In this document: piece by piece, positions 7,738 to 15,570 of the stretch
How positions within the stretch are numbered: position 1 is the first letter of the stretch
Layout: each line of letters starts with the position of its first letter
DNA from: Polyangiaceae bacterium
GTDB lineage: Bacteria; Myxococcota_A; Polyangia; Polyangiales; Polyangiaceae
Assembly: GCA_044222475.1 (NCBI GenBank)
Contig: JBGANF010000164.1
Coordinates: 1 to 15,746, forward strand
DNA length: 15,746 bases
Direction of reading: 5' to 3'
The notes under the pieces: model-generated
What the model was told of the DNA's origin: nothing
The model's input: only the letters and a program-made list of their open reading frames with translations
Database searches by the model: none
Translations under genes and position numbers: made by a program

Positions 7738-9057
7738 TCAGAGCCGCACGACGCGCGCCTTCGGGGCGGTCTTCGCGGCGTGCGAGCGCGTCGCGTTTCG
7801 GGTGTCGACGACCAGCTTCGCCTCGGCGAGCATCCGCGGGTAGTCGATCGCGGAGTGGTCGGTCACGACGACGACCGCATCCCAGGGCGCGAAGCTCGCA
7901 TCCTTGGCGATGGACTCGAACGCGTGGCCGCCTTCCTTGAACGACGGGACCCACGGGTCCAGGTAGCTCACCTTCGCCCCGCGGCCGAGGAGGCCCTCGA
8001 TGACCTCGATCGCCGGCGACTCGCGCACGTCGCTCACGTTCTTCTTGTACGCGACGCCGCTGACGAGGATCGACGAGCCCTTCATCGCCTTCGCGTCGTC
8101 GTTGAGCGCGCGCGCGACGATGTCGACGACGTGCTCGGGCATGGCCGAGTTGACCATGTCGGCGAGCTCGATGAACCGCGCGGGCATCTTGAGCCCCCGC
8201 ATCTTCCACGACAGGTACAGCGGATCGATCGGGATGCAGTGCCCGCCCAGCCCGGGTCCCGGGTAGAACGGCATGTAGCCGAACGGCTTGGTCGCCGCCG
8301 CGCCGATGACCTCCCACACGTCGAGGCCGAGCCGCTCGCAGATGAGCGCGAACTCGTTGACGAGCCCGATGTTCACGGCGCGGAACGTGTTCTCGAGCAG
8401 CTTGACCATCTCGGCTGCGTCGGGGCTCGAGACCGGGACGACGGTGTCGACGAGCTGCCCGTACAAGGCGCTCGAGATCTCCATGCACGCCGGGGTGACG
8501 CCACCGAGGACCTTGGGCGTATTGCGCGTCCCGAACTTGGCGTTGCCGGGGTCGACGCGCTCCGGCGAGAACGCGATGAACACGTCTTTGCCGACCGAGA
8601 ATTTACCATTTTGGGACAACTTCGACACGAGGAGCTCGCGCGTCGTCCCGGGGTACGTCGTCGACTCGAGGACGACCAGCATCCCCGGGTGCTGGTGGCG
8701 CGCCACCGCGTCCGCCGCCGACTCGATGTAGCTCATGTCGGGGTCTTTGCTCTTCTTGAGCGGCGTCGGGACGCAGAGGATGACGCAGTCCGCCTTCGCC
8801 AGAACCGACTCGTCGGTCGTCGCATCCATGCGCCCGGCCTGGACGTGGGGCGCGAGGTCCTCGGAGCGGATGTCCTCGATGTAAGAGCGCCCCTCGTTGA
8901 GTCGCCCGACCTTGAACGGATCGTGATCGAAGCCCGTGACGTGGAACCCGGCCTTCGCCAGCTCGACGACGAGCGGCAAGCCGACGTAGCCGATCCCCAC
9001 CACCACGACGCGCGCCTTCTGGGTCTTCACCTTCTCGAGCAACATCTTCGTCTCCAT
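7738..9057 (-). CDS. wbpA: Nucleotide-sugar dehydrogenase, UDP-N-acetylhexosamine 6-dehydrogenase (WbpA/WecC type)
   Basis: Rossmann motif VVGIGYVGLP, plus CVPTP, LESTTYPGTT, FSPERVDPGN, AEMVKLLENTFR, catalytic GGHCIPIDP and YKKNVSDVRESP. The start may be ATG 9045. The exact sugar specificity, and therefore the symbol, is inferred. Confidence 0.93.
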   Translation of the reverse strand: METKMLLEKVKTQKARVVVVGIGYVGLPLVVELAKAGFHVTGFDHDPFKVGRLNEGRSYIEDIRSEDLAPHVQAGRMDATTDESVLAKADCVILCVPTPLKKSKDPDMSYIESAADAVARHQHPGMLVVLESTTYPGTTRELLVSKLSQNGKFSVGKDVFIAFSPERVDPGNAKFGTRNTPKVLGGVTPACMEISSALYGQLVDTVVPVSSPDAAEMVKLLENTFRAVNIGLVNEFALICERLGLDVWEVIGAAATKPFGYMPFYPGPGLGGHCIPIDPLYLSWKMRGLKMPARFIELADMVNSAMPEHVVDIVARALNDDAKAMKGSSILVSGVAYKKNVSDVRESPAIEVIEGLLGRGAKVSYLDPWVPSFKEGGHAFESIAKDASFAPWDAVVVVTDHSAIDYPRMLAEAKLVVDTRNATRSHAAKTAPKARVVRL

Positions 9058-9072
9058 CTCCGTCCGTGTGCC

Positions 9073-9798
9073 TCAGCCGCCGGCTTCGCCGGCAAGAATT
9101 CGCCTCGGGCCCTCGTCGAGGAGCCGCGTCGCCTCGGCCTTGCCGACGAGCTTCTCGAGACGGGCGATCGCCTTCTCGACGACGTCGGCGTCGGCGGGGC
9201 GGTGGGCGTCGGAGCACGCGGCCTCGTAGGCGTCCTCCTCGACGAGCTTCTCCGCCACGCGCTGCGGCTGCGATCCGTACTTCCCGACGAGCGAGCAGAT
9301 GTCGAGCAGGAGGCACGCGCCGACGTCGAGCAGCGCGTCGACCTCGTCGCGATCGTTCCACACGGGCTGGTAGCGCTCGGGGTGCGCGATCACCGGTACG
9401 AGCCCGCGGCGGCGCAGGTCGGCGAGGCGCTCGGGGAGGCGAATCGGGAAGGCGGCCGGGTTCATCTCCACCAGCACCGACCGACCGCCGGGGTAGGGGA
9501 GACCGGCGCCCGAGAGCAGCCGCTCGAACGTGACGTCGTCGAACCAATGTTCGCTGGCGAGGTGGCGCGCTGGGAGACTCGCACCGCCGGCGCTCACGTG
9601 GGCCTCGAACTGGGCGAACGCCGCCTCGAGCATCGGCTTGTCATTGTCGAACATTCCGGGACGCATGTGCGGCGTGGCCACGACGATCTCGAAGCCGAGC
9701 TGGCCGAGCCGCCGCAGCAAGAGAATGCCCTCCTCCGTCGAACGCACCCCGTCGTCGACGTGGGGGACGTAGTGCGAGTGCAGGTCTACGTAGCCCAC
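9073..9798 (-). CDS. PHP-superfamily tyrosine-protein phosphatase (CpsB/CapC/YwqE family)
   Basis: Metal-binding motifs DLHSH...DDG, VATPH, IAHPERY and SDAH. GTG start at 9798 (VGYVDLHSH); the upstream ORF extension overlaps the divergent gene. Confidence 0.92.
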   Translation of the reverse strand: MGYVDLHSHYVPHVDDGVRSTEEGILLLRRLGQLGFEIVVATPHMRPGMFDNDKPMLEAAFAQFEAHVSAGGASLPARHLASEHWFDDVTFERLLSGAGLPYPGGRSVLVEMNPAAFPIRLPERLADLRRRGLVPVIAHPERYQPVWNDRDEVDALLDVGACLLLDICSLVGKYGSQPQRVAEKLVEEDAYEAACSDAHRPADADVVEKAIARLEKLVGKAEATRLLDEGPRRILAGEAGG

Positions 9799-9892
9799 GG
9801 CGCGCGTATACCACACCCCTCCGTTGCACGCCGGAGTGGGCCCATTCGAGAGCGGACCCGGGGCCCGAGAGGGGAGTATAGTCCCCGGACCG

Positions 9893-11110
9893 ATGGCCGC
9901 GCTGAACCCCCTCACGAGGGAGCTCGTCTTCAAGATCGTCTTCTACGGGCCTGGCCTCGGCGGAAAGACGACGACGCTCCAGACGATCCACTCGCGGACC
10001 AAGCCCGAGTATCGCGGCAAGATGGTGTCCCTGGCGACGCCGACGGATCGAACGCTCTACTTCGACTTCCTCCCGCTGCGCCTACCGAAAGTGCGCACGA
10101 TGAGCGTGCGCCTTCAGCTCTTCACCGTGCCTGGCCAGGTCTACTTCACGGCGACCCGCAAGCTCGTGCTCACCGGCGCCGACGGCATCGTGTTCGTCGC
10201 CGACTCGCAGAACGCCCGGATCGACGCGAACCAAGAGTCGCTCGACGACCTCAACGGCAACCTCGCGGAGCACGGGCGGAGCCTCTCGCAGACCCCCCAC
10301 GCGTTCCAATGGAACAAGCGCGATCTCACGGACATCGCGCCCGAGGTCGAGCTCGACCGGCGCTTCAACCTGTTTGCGGCACCAGCGACCGCCACCGTGG
10401 CGACCAGCGGCGAGGGCGTGTTCGACGCGCTCGACAAGATCACGCAGCTCGTCCTCGAGAGCTACAAGGCGCAGATGCCGCGAGGCACCAGCATGATCCC
10501 ACTCCTCGACGCCGAGGACTCCGGCCTCGAGGTCGCGGTGCGAGGGCTCGCCGAGTCGCCGATCCCGCGGCCACTCCCCGCGCCGGTCGGTGGGACGCCC
10601 AAGCCGCCGAGCGTGGGTCCCCAGTCGTCGCCGCGTCCGGCACCTCCACCGGTGGTACCCGCCTCGGCGTCGTCGCCTCCGGCCAGCTCCCCTCCGGTGA
10701 GCTCCAGCCCCATCTCGTCCGCGGTACCCGACACCGACGTGAGCGTCGCCCGCGGGTTCAGCTTCGCCGAGCTCTGGCCCGAGGCGGAGCGCGCCGATGC
10801 CCGCCACGTCGAGCTGGACATCGCTCGCGGCGGCTACGGCCAAGCGATCCTCCGCACGGAGCGGCTCGTGGCTCGGTCGCTGGCTGCCGCCGCCAGTCTC
10901 GCGGGCGGTGCCGCCGAAGCTCCGCGCGATCCCGCGCTCGTCCTGTCGTTGCTGGGGATCCCGGGGCCGGCGTACCTGCGGTACCGGCTCCTCGTGCGCG
11001 CTGCCCGGGAGCTCGGTCCCGTGACCGTCGAAGACGCGCTCGCCGCCTACCACTTCGCCCTCGATGTACGTCGATCGCGCCTCGCGCTCGGACCTGGTTC
11101 GGCTGGCTGA
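9893..11110 (+). CDS. MglA-family small GTPase with a Pro-rich linker and an extra C-terminal helical domain
   Basis: KIVFYGPGLGGKTT (G1), TDRTLYFDFLP (G2 with MglA-type Arg), TVPGQ (MglA-specific G3), NKRD (G4) and TVA (G5). Pro/Ser-rich linker at about 10555-10740 and a ~115-aa C-terminal domain. Confidence 0.9.
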   Translation: MAALNPLTRELVFKIVFYGPGLGGKTTTLQTIHSRTKPEYRGKMVSLATPTDRTLYFDFLPLRLPKVRTMSVRLQLFTVPGQVYFTATRKLVLTGADGIVFVADSQNARIDANQESLDDLNGNLAEHGRSLSQTPHAFQWNKRDLTDIAPEVELDRRFNLFAAPATATVATSGEGVFDALDKITQLVLESYKAQMPRGTSMIPLLDAEDSGLEVAVRGLAESPIPRPLPAPVGGTPKPPSVGPQSSPRPAPPPVVPASASSPPASSPPVSSSPISSAVPDTDVSVARGFSFAELWPEAERADARHVELDIARGGYGQAILRTERLVARSLAAAASLAGGAAEAPRDPALVLSLLGIPGPAYLRYRLLVRAARELGPVTVEDALAAYHFALDVRRSRLALGPGSAG

Positions 11111-11154
11111 TCCGCCCGAATCGCTCGGAAAATTCCGACGAAACAGGTGAACGG

Positions 11155-12930
11155 ATGCCCCGGGCGGTGTACGATGGGGAGCAGATGGTCGAGACGCTCG
11201 CGCCGGACGATTTGATCGAGGAGGCGCTGTCCGCCGACGCGCTCCGTCGTGGCACGCGCCTCGCGCGGTACGAGCTCCTCGTCCCGATCGCCAAGGGCGG
11301 CATGGCCAGGGTGTGGGCGGCGCGGCTCCACGGCCAGCGCGGCTTCTCCAAGACCGTCGCGATCAAGACCATCCTCCCGCACCTGGCGGAAGAGCCGGAG
11401 TTCGAGCGCATGTTCCTCGACGAGGCGCGCATCGCCGCCCTCGTGCACCACCCGAACGTCTGCGAGATCTACGAGCTCGGTGAGGAGGGCAAGGTCCTCT
11501 ACATCGTGATGGAGTGGGTCAACGGCGAGTCGTTGATTCAGCTCCTCCGTTCGTCGGGGAAGATGGCCCCGATGGACGCGCGCCTCGCCGCCCGCATCGT
11601 CGCCGATGCGTGCGCGGGCCTCCACGCCGCGCACCAACTCACCGACGACGACGGGCGGTCGCTCGGCGTCGTCCACCGCGACGTCTCGCCCCACAACATC
11701 CTCGTCAGCGCCGACGGGCAAGTGAAGGTCGCCGACTTCGGCGTCGCGAAGGCGCTCGGCCAGGCGCACAGCGCGACGCAAGCCGGGCAAGCCAAGGGCA
11801 AGATGGCGTACATGGCGCCGGAGCAGATCGCCGGCCAAGCGGATCGTCGCAGCGACGTCTTCTCGATGGGGATCGTCCTCTACGAGGCCACGACCGGCAA
11901 GCGCCCGTACGCCGGTGCGAACGACGCCGAGACGATGCACCAGATCCTCGCCGGGCAGTACATGCCGCCGTCGCGCATCATCCGCGGCTACCCGCCCGAG
12001 CTCGAGCAGATCGTCGCCCGAGCGATGGCCTCCGATCCGGCGCAGCGCTTCCAGACGGCCGAGAAGATGCGCGTCGCGCTCGAGGAGTGGCTCGCGAGGA
12101 GCGGGTCCATCGTGACGAGCGCGATGATCGGCTCGTTCGTGCAGCAGCGCATCGGCGCCGATCTCGAGAAGCGGCGCGAGAAGATCCGCGTCGCGGCGTC
12201 CGCGTCGGTGCGCACCGACGACGCGAGCTCGCCCGGCATGCCCGGCTCGTCGCCGAACAACGCCGGAGTGTCCACCGGCACGCCTTCCGTGCAGAGCGCG
12301 GTCGACGGCGTGCAATCCGGCCAGCGGCTGGTGCCGGCGGCGGGGTCGGGCTCCTCGAACGTCGGGCACGTCGGGCTCGTCCCGCAGTCAGCGGCCGCGC
12401 CACCGAGCACCGGCAAGTACGTCCTCGCCGCCGTGGTCGGCATCCTCGTCGCGGTCGGGGTCGGCACCGGAGCGATCCTCTACCTCCGCAACAAGAGCGA
12501 CGACGGCTTCACGTCGCGCGGGAACGCTACCGCGACCGGACCGTCGGCGAAGGCGAGCGACGCGCCCAAAGCGACGGCGCCCGCTGCGCCGGTCCGAACG
12601 GGAGCCGTCGCCTTCAGCAGTCTGCCCCCCGACGCCGTGCTGATCGTCGACGGCATGCTCCTCGACCGCTCGGCGCGCAGCGTCGAGCGACCGCCGCCCG
12701 GATCCAAGCGAACGGTCATCATTCGCGACCCGGGCTTCCTCGACGAGACCGTCACGATCGACGACACGACGCCGCCGTCGTTGGACGTGACCCTCACGAT
12801 CGGTTCGCCCTCGGCGCTCCCGACGCAGACCGCAGCAGCAGCCACCAACACCGGCTCGCCGACTTCACCGACTGGCACCGGGTCCTCGAAGAAACCGCCG
12901 AACGTAGCGCTTCCTCAAAACCCCTATTGA
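11155..12930 (+). CDS. Membrane Hanks-type Ser/Thr protein kinase with a C-terminal PEGA-like region
   Basis: IAKGGMARVW, VAIK, HRDVSPHN, DFG, YMAPEQ, DVFSMG; TM segment YVLAAVVGILVAVGVGTGAILYL; PEGA-like SLPPDAVLIVDG...RDPGF; terminal NPY. Start ATG 11155, or 11185 with GGGGAG upstream. Confidence 0.93.
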   Translation: MPRAVYDGEQMVETLAPDDLIEEALSADALRRGTRLARYELLVPIAKGGMARVWAARLHGQRGFSKTVAIKTILPHLAEEPEFERMFLDEARIAALVHHPNVCEIYELGEEGKVLYIVMEWVNGESLIQLLRSSGKMAPMDARLAARIVADACAGLHAAHQLTDDDGRSLGVVHRDVSPHNILVSADGQVKVADFGVAKALGQAHSATQAGQAKGKMAYMAPEQIAGQADRRSDVFSMGIVLYEATTGKRPYAGANDAETMHQILAGQYMPPSRIIRGYPPELEQIVARAMASDPAQRFQTAEKMRVALEEWLARSGSIVTSAMIGSFVQQRIGADLEKRREKIRVAASASVRTDDASSPGMPGSSPNNAGVSTGTPSVQSAVDGVQSGQRLVPAAGSGSSNVGHVGLVPQSAAAPPSTGKYVLAAVVGILVAVGVGTGAILYLRNKSDDGFTSRGNATATGPSAKASDAPKATAPAAPVRTGAVAFSSLPPDAVLIVDGMLLDRSARSVERPPPGSKRTVIIRDPGFLDETVTIDDTTPPSLDVTLTIGSPSALPTQTAAAATNTGSPTSPTGTGSSKKPPNVALPQNPY

Positions 12931-12931
12931 A

Positions 12932-13918
12932 ATGAAATCCGCACGAGCCCTCCTCGCTGCGCTCGCGATCGGCGCGAGCGTACCCACCATCACCTTCACC
13001 ACGAGCGCCGCCGCAGAAGAAGACGTCGCCGATCCCGCGGCCGAGGCGAAGAAGCAGTTCACCGCCGGCATGAAGGCCTTTCAAGCGAGCCGCTTCGTCG
13101 AGGCGGCGCTCGCCTTCGAGGCGGCCCACTACTACAAGCCGAACGCGGTGGCGCTCTACACCGCCGCGCTCGCGTGGAAGGAGGCCAACCAACCCGAGCG
13201 AGCGGCTGACGCGTTCGGGCGCGCGCTCGACGCGCAGGGCCTCAACCCGCAGCAGAGCTCGATGGCGAAGGAGAGCCTCACCGCGCTCGAGAAGACGATG
13301 GGCACGCTCGTCGTCACCGGCCCGCCGGACGCCAAGGTCCAAGTGGACGCGCTCACCGAAGCGACCGTCCCCGCGCGCCTCCACGCGACGCCGGGCACGC
13401 ACTCGCTCACCGTGCGCCTCGCCGGCCAGAAGCCCGAGAAGCGCGACGCGACCTTCGAGATCGGCCAGGTCAAAGAGATCGACGTCACCCCGTCGAAGGT
13501 CGAGCCGAAGATCGAGCCGAAGGTCGACACGACGCCGAAGCAACCCGACGTCGTGGTCCAGACGGTCACGACGATCTCGGTCAAGCGTGCGATCGGCTTC
13601 AGCGCGATCGGCGTTGGCGGAGCGGCTGCCGTGTCGGCGCTGATCGTCGGGCTCCAAGCGGTGTCGGCGGGGAACGCGTACGACGCGGCTCCTTCGCGTG
13701 AAGGCTACAATCACGCGAACGCCCTCGCGACCTGGAGCACGGTGCTCTGGATCAGCGCTGGCGTGTTCGTCGCGGCGGGCGTGACGCTCGTCCTCATCCC
13801 AGAGAAATCGGGCACCGACAAAGAGAAACCGGCGGACGACAAATCGAAGTCCAACGCCGACGCGCGGCTCCTCGTCGCGCCCACCGTCGGTGGTCTCGTG
13901 CTCCGGGGGGCGTTCTGA
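12932..13918 (+). CDS. Exported TPR + PEGA-like protein with a C-terminal hydrophobic hairpin
   Basis: Signal peptide; TPR-like helices AKKQFTAGMKAFQASRFVEAALAFEAA...; PEGA-like GTLVVTGPPDAKVQVD...PGTHSLTV; two Gly/Ala-rich hydrophobic segments; terminal GLVLRGAF. Starts 1 nt after the kinase stop. Confidence 0.88.
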   Translation: MKSARALLAALAIGASVPTITFTTSAAAEEDVADPAAEAKKQFTAGMKAFQASRFVEAALAFEAAHYYKPNAVALYTAALAWKEANQPERAADAFGRALDAQGLNPQQSSMAKESLTALEKTMGTLVVTGPPDAKVQVDALTEATVPARLHATPGTHSLTVRLAGQKPEKRDATFEIGQVKEIDVTPSKVEPKIEPKVDTTPKQPDVVVQTVTTISVKRAIGFSAIGVGGAAAVSALIVGLQAVSAGNAYDAAPSREGYNHANALATWSTVLWISAGVFVAAGVTLVLIPEKSGTDKEKPADDKSKSNADARLLVAPTVGGLVLRGAF

Positions 13919-15378
13919 TGACCTCCCGCCACGCCACCATCGCCGTCACCGCGCTCGGCGCCATCGGAGCGGTCGTTGCGGCCTGCTCGCTCGGCCTCGA
14001 CGAGAGCAAGATCAAGGACAGCGACGCGAGCACCCTCACCGACGCCTCGGGCGACGGCGGCGTTCCCGATGCCGCCAACCCGGTCGGCTGCACGGGCGAC
14101 CCGGACTGCAAGCCGGCGAACGCATGCCTCACCGGCAAGTGCGATCTCACCCGCAAGATCTGCCTGTACGATCTCTGCCCCGCGGCCGCGTGCAAGGCCT
14201 CGGTGTGCGACACGAACTCGAAGACGTGCTCGGTCCCCACGACGTACGGATTCCGTGCCGGCAGCTTCAAGGTCACCGCAGGCAACGTCGGCTGCGGCGG
14301 CGGTGGTCCCGGAGCGCGACGCTGCTTCGCGGCGTCGTACCCGTTCGTCATCGTCGGCACGACGAACGGCGTGGTCGGCTACTCGGTCGCCGATCCGACC
14401 GATTCGGCGCCCGTCGGGCTCCCGGTGGCAGGTCTTCCGTTCTTCCCCGCGCACGTCGTCGCGAGCGGAACGCGCGTCTACTTCGTCGGGTCGGTTCAAG
14501 GCGCCGGCCCGAACTACAAGCTCCCGATCGCGTGGATGGACGTCCCTGGCGATCCCACCGTGAAGCAGCTCAGCGCGACGTCGGTCTTCGACACCGTCCA
14601 AGTGACGAGCGTCGACCGCGTCTTCCCCGACGGCTCCGGCGGCATCTACATGCAGAACGACAACGTCGGGAAGTCCTACCCCGTCGCGCGCGTGACGGCG
14701 CCGCTGAAAGATCTCGAGCCGCTCACCTTCTTCGCGTCGCCCGGGATGCCGCCGAACGTGGTCCCCAGCGCCGCGAGCGGCGCGCGCCTCGTGACGTTCC
14801 GTCAGGACGGCGCTCCGGGTTGGAGCGGGGTGCTCGGCTTCGAGAACAGCGCAGCGACGAGCGGCGCGCAGTACGGCGGCGATCAGTCGATCTCGGCGAG
14901 CTTCGGCAACAACTACGTCCCCGGCTACTTCGCACACGGCGCCGGTGGAGCGCTGCTCTACAACGCGAGCGCGGTCGACGTGCCCGACGGCGGACCGAAC
15001 CGCGTCAGCGCGGTGCGCGTCGGTTGGATCGTCGAAGACGACAAGGCGACGAAGATCGAGGCCGCGGCCAAGGTCGACGTCGAGAAATACGCCGCCGTCA
15101 TCGGCATCGGCGCGGACCTCGCCGGACCGGTCGCATGGCTCGACTCGAAGCGCGCGCTCGTGCTCGCGGCGTCCGCCTCGAACACCGCGCAGACCGCCGT
15201 CCAGGTCGCGACTCGCGATCCGGCGCCGGCGATGATCCCGAACCGTCGCTTCGTGCTCCCGTTCCCGCCGAGCGCGCTCGCCGCGCAAGGGTCGAACGGG
15301 TTCGGCTACGTGCTGACTCCGGACCAAGGCGCCGAGCCGCCCGCGGTGCAGATCTTCGGGACGGGCTGCGACAACTAG
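13918..15378 (+). CDS. Cys-rich lipoprotein with a beta-rich C-terminal domain
   Basis: Lipobox VAAC followed by SLGLD, a DAS/DGG linker, a Cys cluster (CTGDPDC...CLTGKC...C...C...C...C...C) and a beta-strand-rich region. TGATG overlap with the upstream gene. Confidence 0.87.
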   Translation: MTSRHATIAVTALGAIGAVVAACSLGLDESKIKDSDASTLTDASGDGGVPDAANPVGCTGDPDCKPANACLTGKCDLTRKICLYDLCPAAACKASVCDTNSKTCSVPTTYGFRAGSFKVTAGNVGCGGGGPGARRCFAASYPFVIVGTTNGVVGYSVADPTDSAPVGLPVAGLPFFPAHVVASGTRVYFVGSVQGAGPNYKLPIAWMDVPGDPTVKQLSATSVFDTVQVTSVDRVFPDGSGGIYMQNDNVGKSYPVARVTAPLKDLEPLTFFASPGMPPNVVPSAASGARLVTFRQDGAPGWSGVLGFENSAATSGAQYGGDQSISASFGNNYVPGYFAHGAGGALLYNASAVDVPDGGPNRVSAVRVGWIVEDDKATKIEAAAKVDVEKYAAVIGIGADLAGPVAWLDSKRALVLAASASNTAQTAVQVATRDPAPAMIPNRRFVLPFPPSALAAQGSNGFGYVLTPDQGAEPPAVQIFGTGCDN

Positions 15379-15468
15379 AACGCATCCGACAACTTCGTGA
15401 TCGTGTAAGCGATCGAAATCGCTCCATCCTTCGAGAGGCTATTTCCATCCGAAGGAGAAGGCTTCAGG

Positions 15469-15528
15469 ATGGATCTCACCGACGAGCAGTGGGCGGCAGC
15501 GCGGGTCCGATCGTTGACGTTGTCGTGA
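15469..15528 (+). pseudogene. Stub of an IS5-family transposase N-terminus
   Basis: Reads MDLTDEQWAAARVRSLTLS*. MDLTDEQW is the typical start of IS5-family (DUF4096) transposases, and there is a purine-rich RBS (GAAGGAGAAGG) upstream. Similarity stops after about 9 codons. Confidence 0.55.
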
Positions 15529-15570
15529 GCGTTGACGGCGACGGCGACGGCGACAACGTCAACCTCAACG
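15513..15570. repeat. Palindromic low-complexity hexamer-repeat element
   Basis: Perfect 13-bp inverted repeat GTTGACGTTGTCG (15513-15525) / CGACAACGTCAAC (15551-15563) enclosing (GACGGC)x3. Confidence 0.6.

Noticed and set aside
7780..11154. 1716-aa ORF (7780-12930) that seems to give the kinase a huge N-terminal extension or a frameshift fusion with the GTPase
   Set aside because: The upstream part is antisense to the dehydrogenase and phosphatase and out of frame over the GTPase. It is Arg/Ala/Gly-rich with no motifs, and such stop-free shadow frames are expected at high GC3. No slippery sequence is evident.
11674..11697. Kinase catalytic loop HRDVSPHN lacking the usual Lys, suggesting a pseudokinase
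   Set aside because: HRD[VI]SPxN is a common myxobacterial kinase variant, and the VAIK Lys, catalytic Asp, Asn and DFG are all intact.
15513..15570. Repeat tract as a CRISPR array or a coding VDGDGD protein
   Set aside because: No repeat-spacer periodicity and no cas genes. There is no convincing start or RBS for the low-complexity frame.
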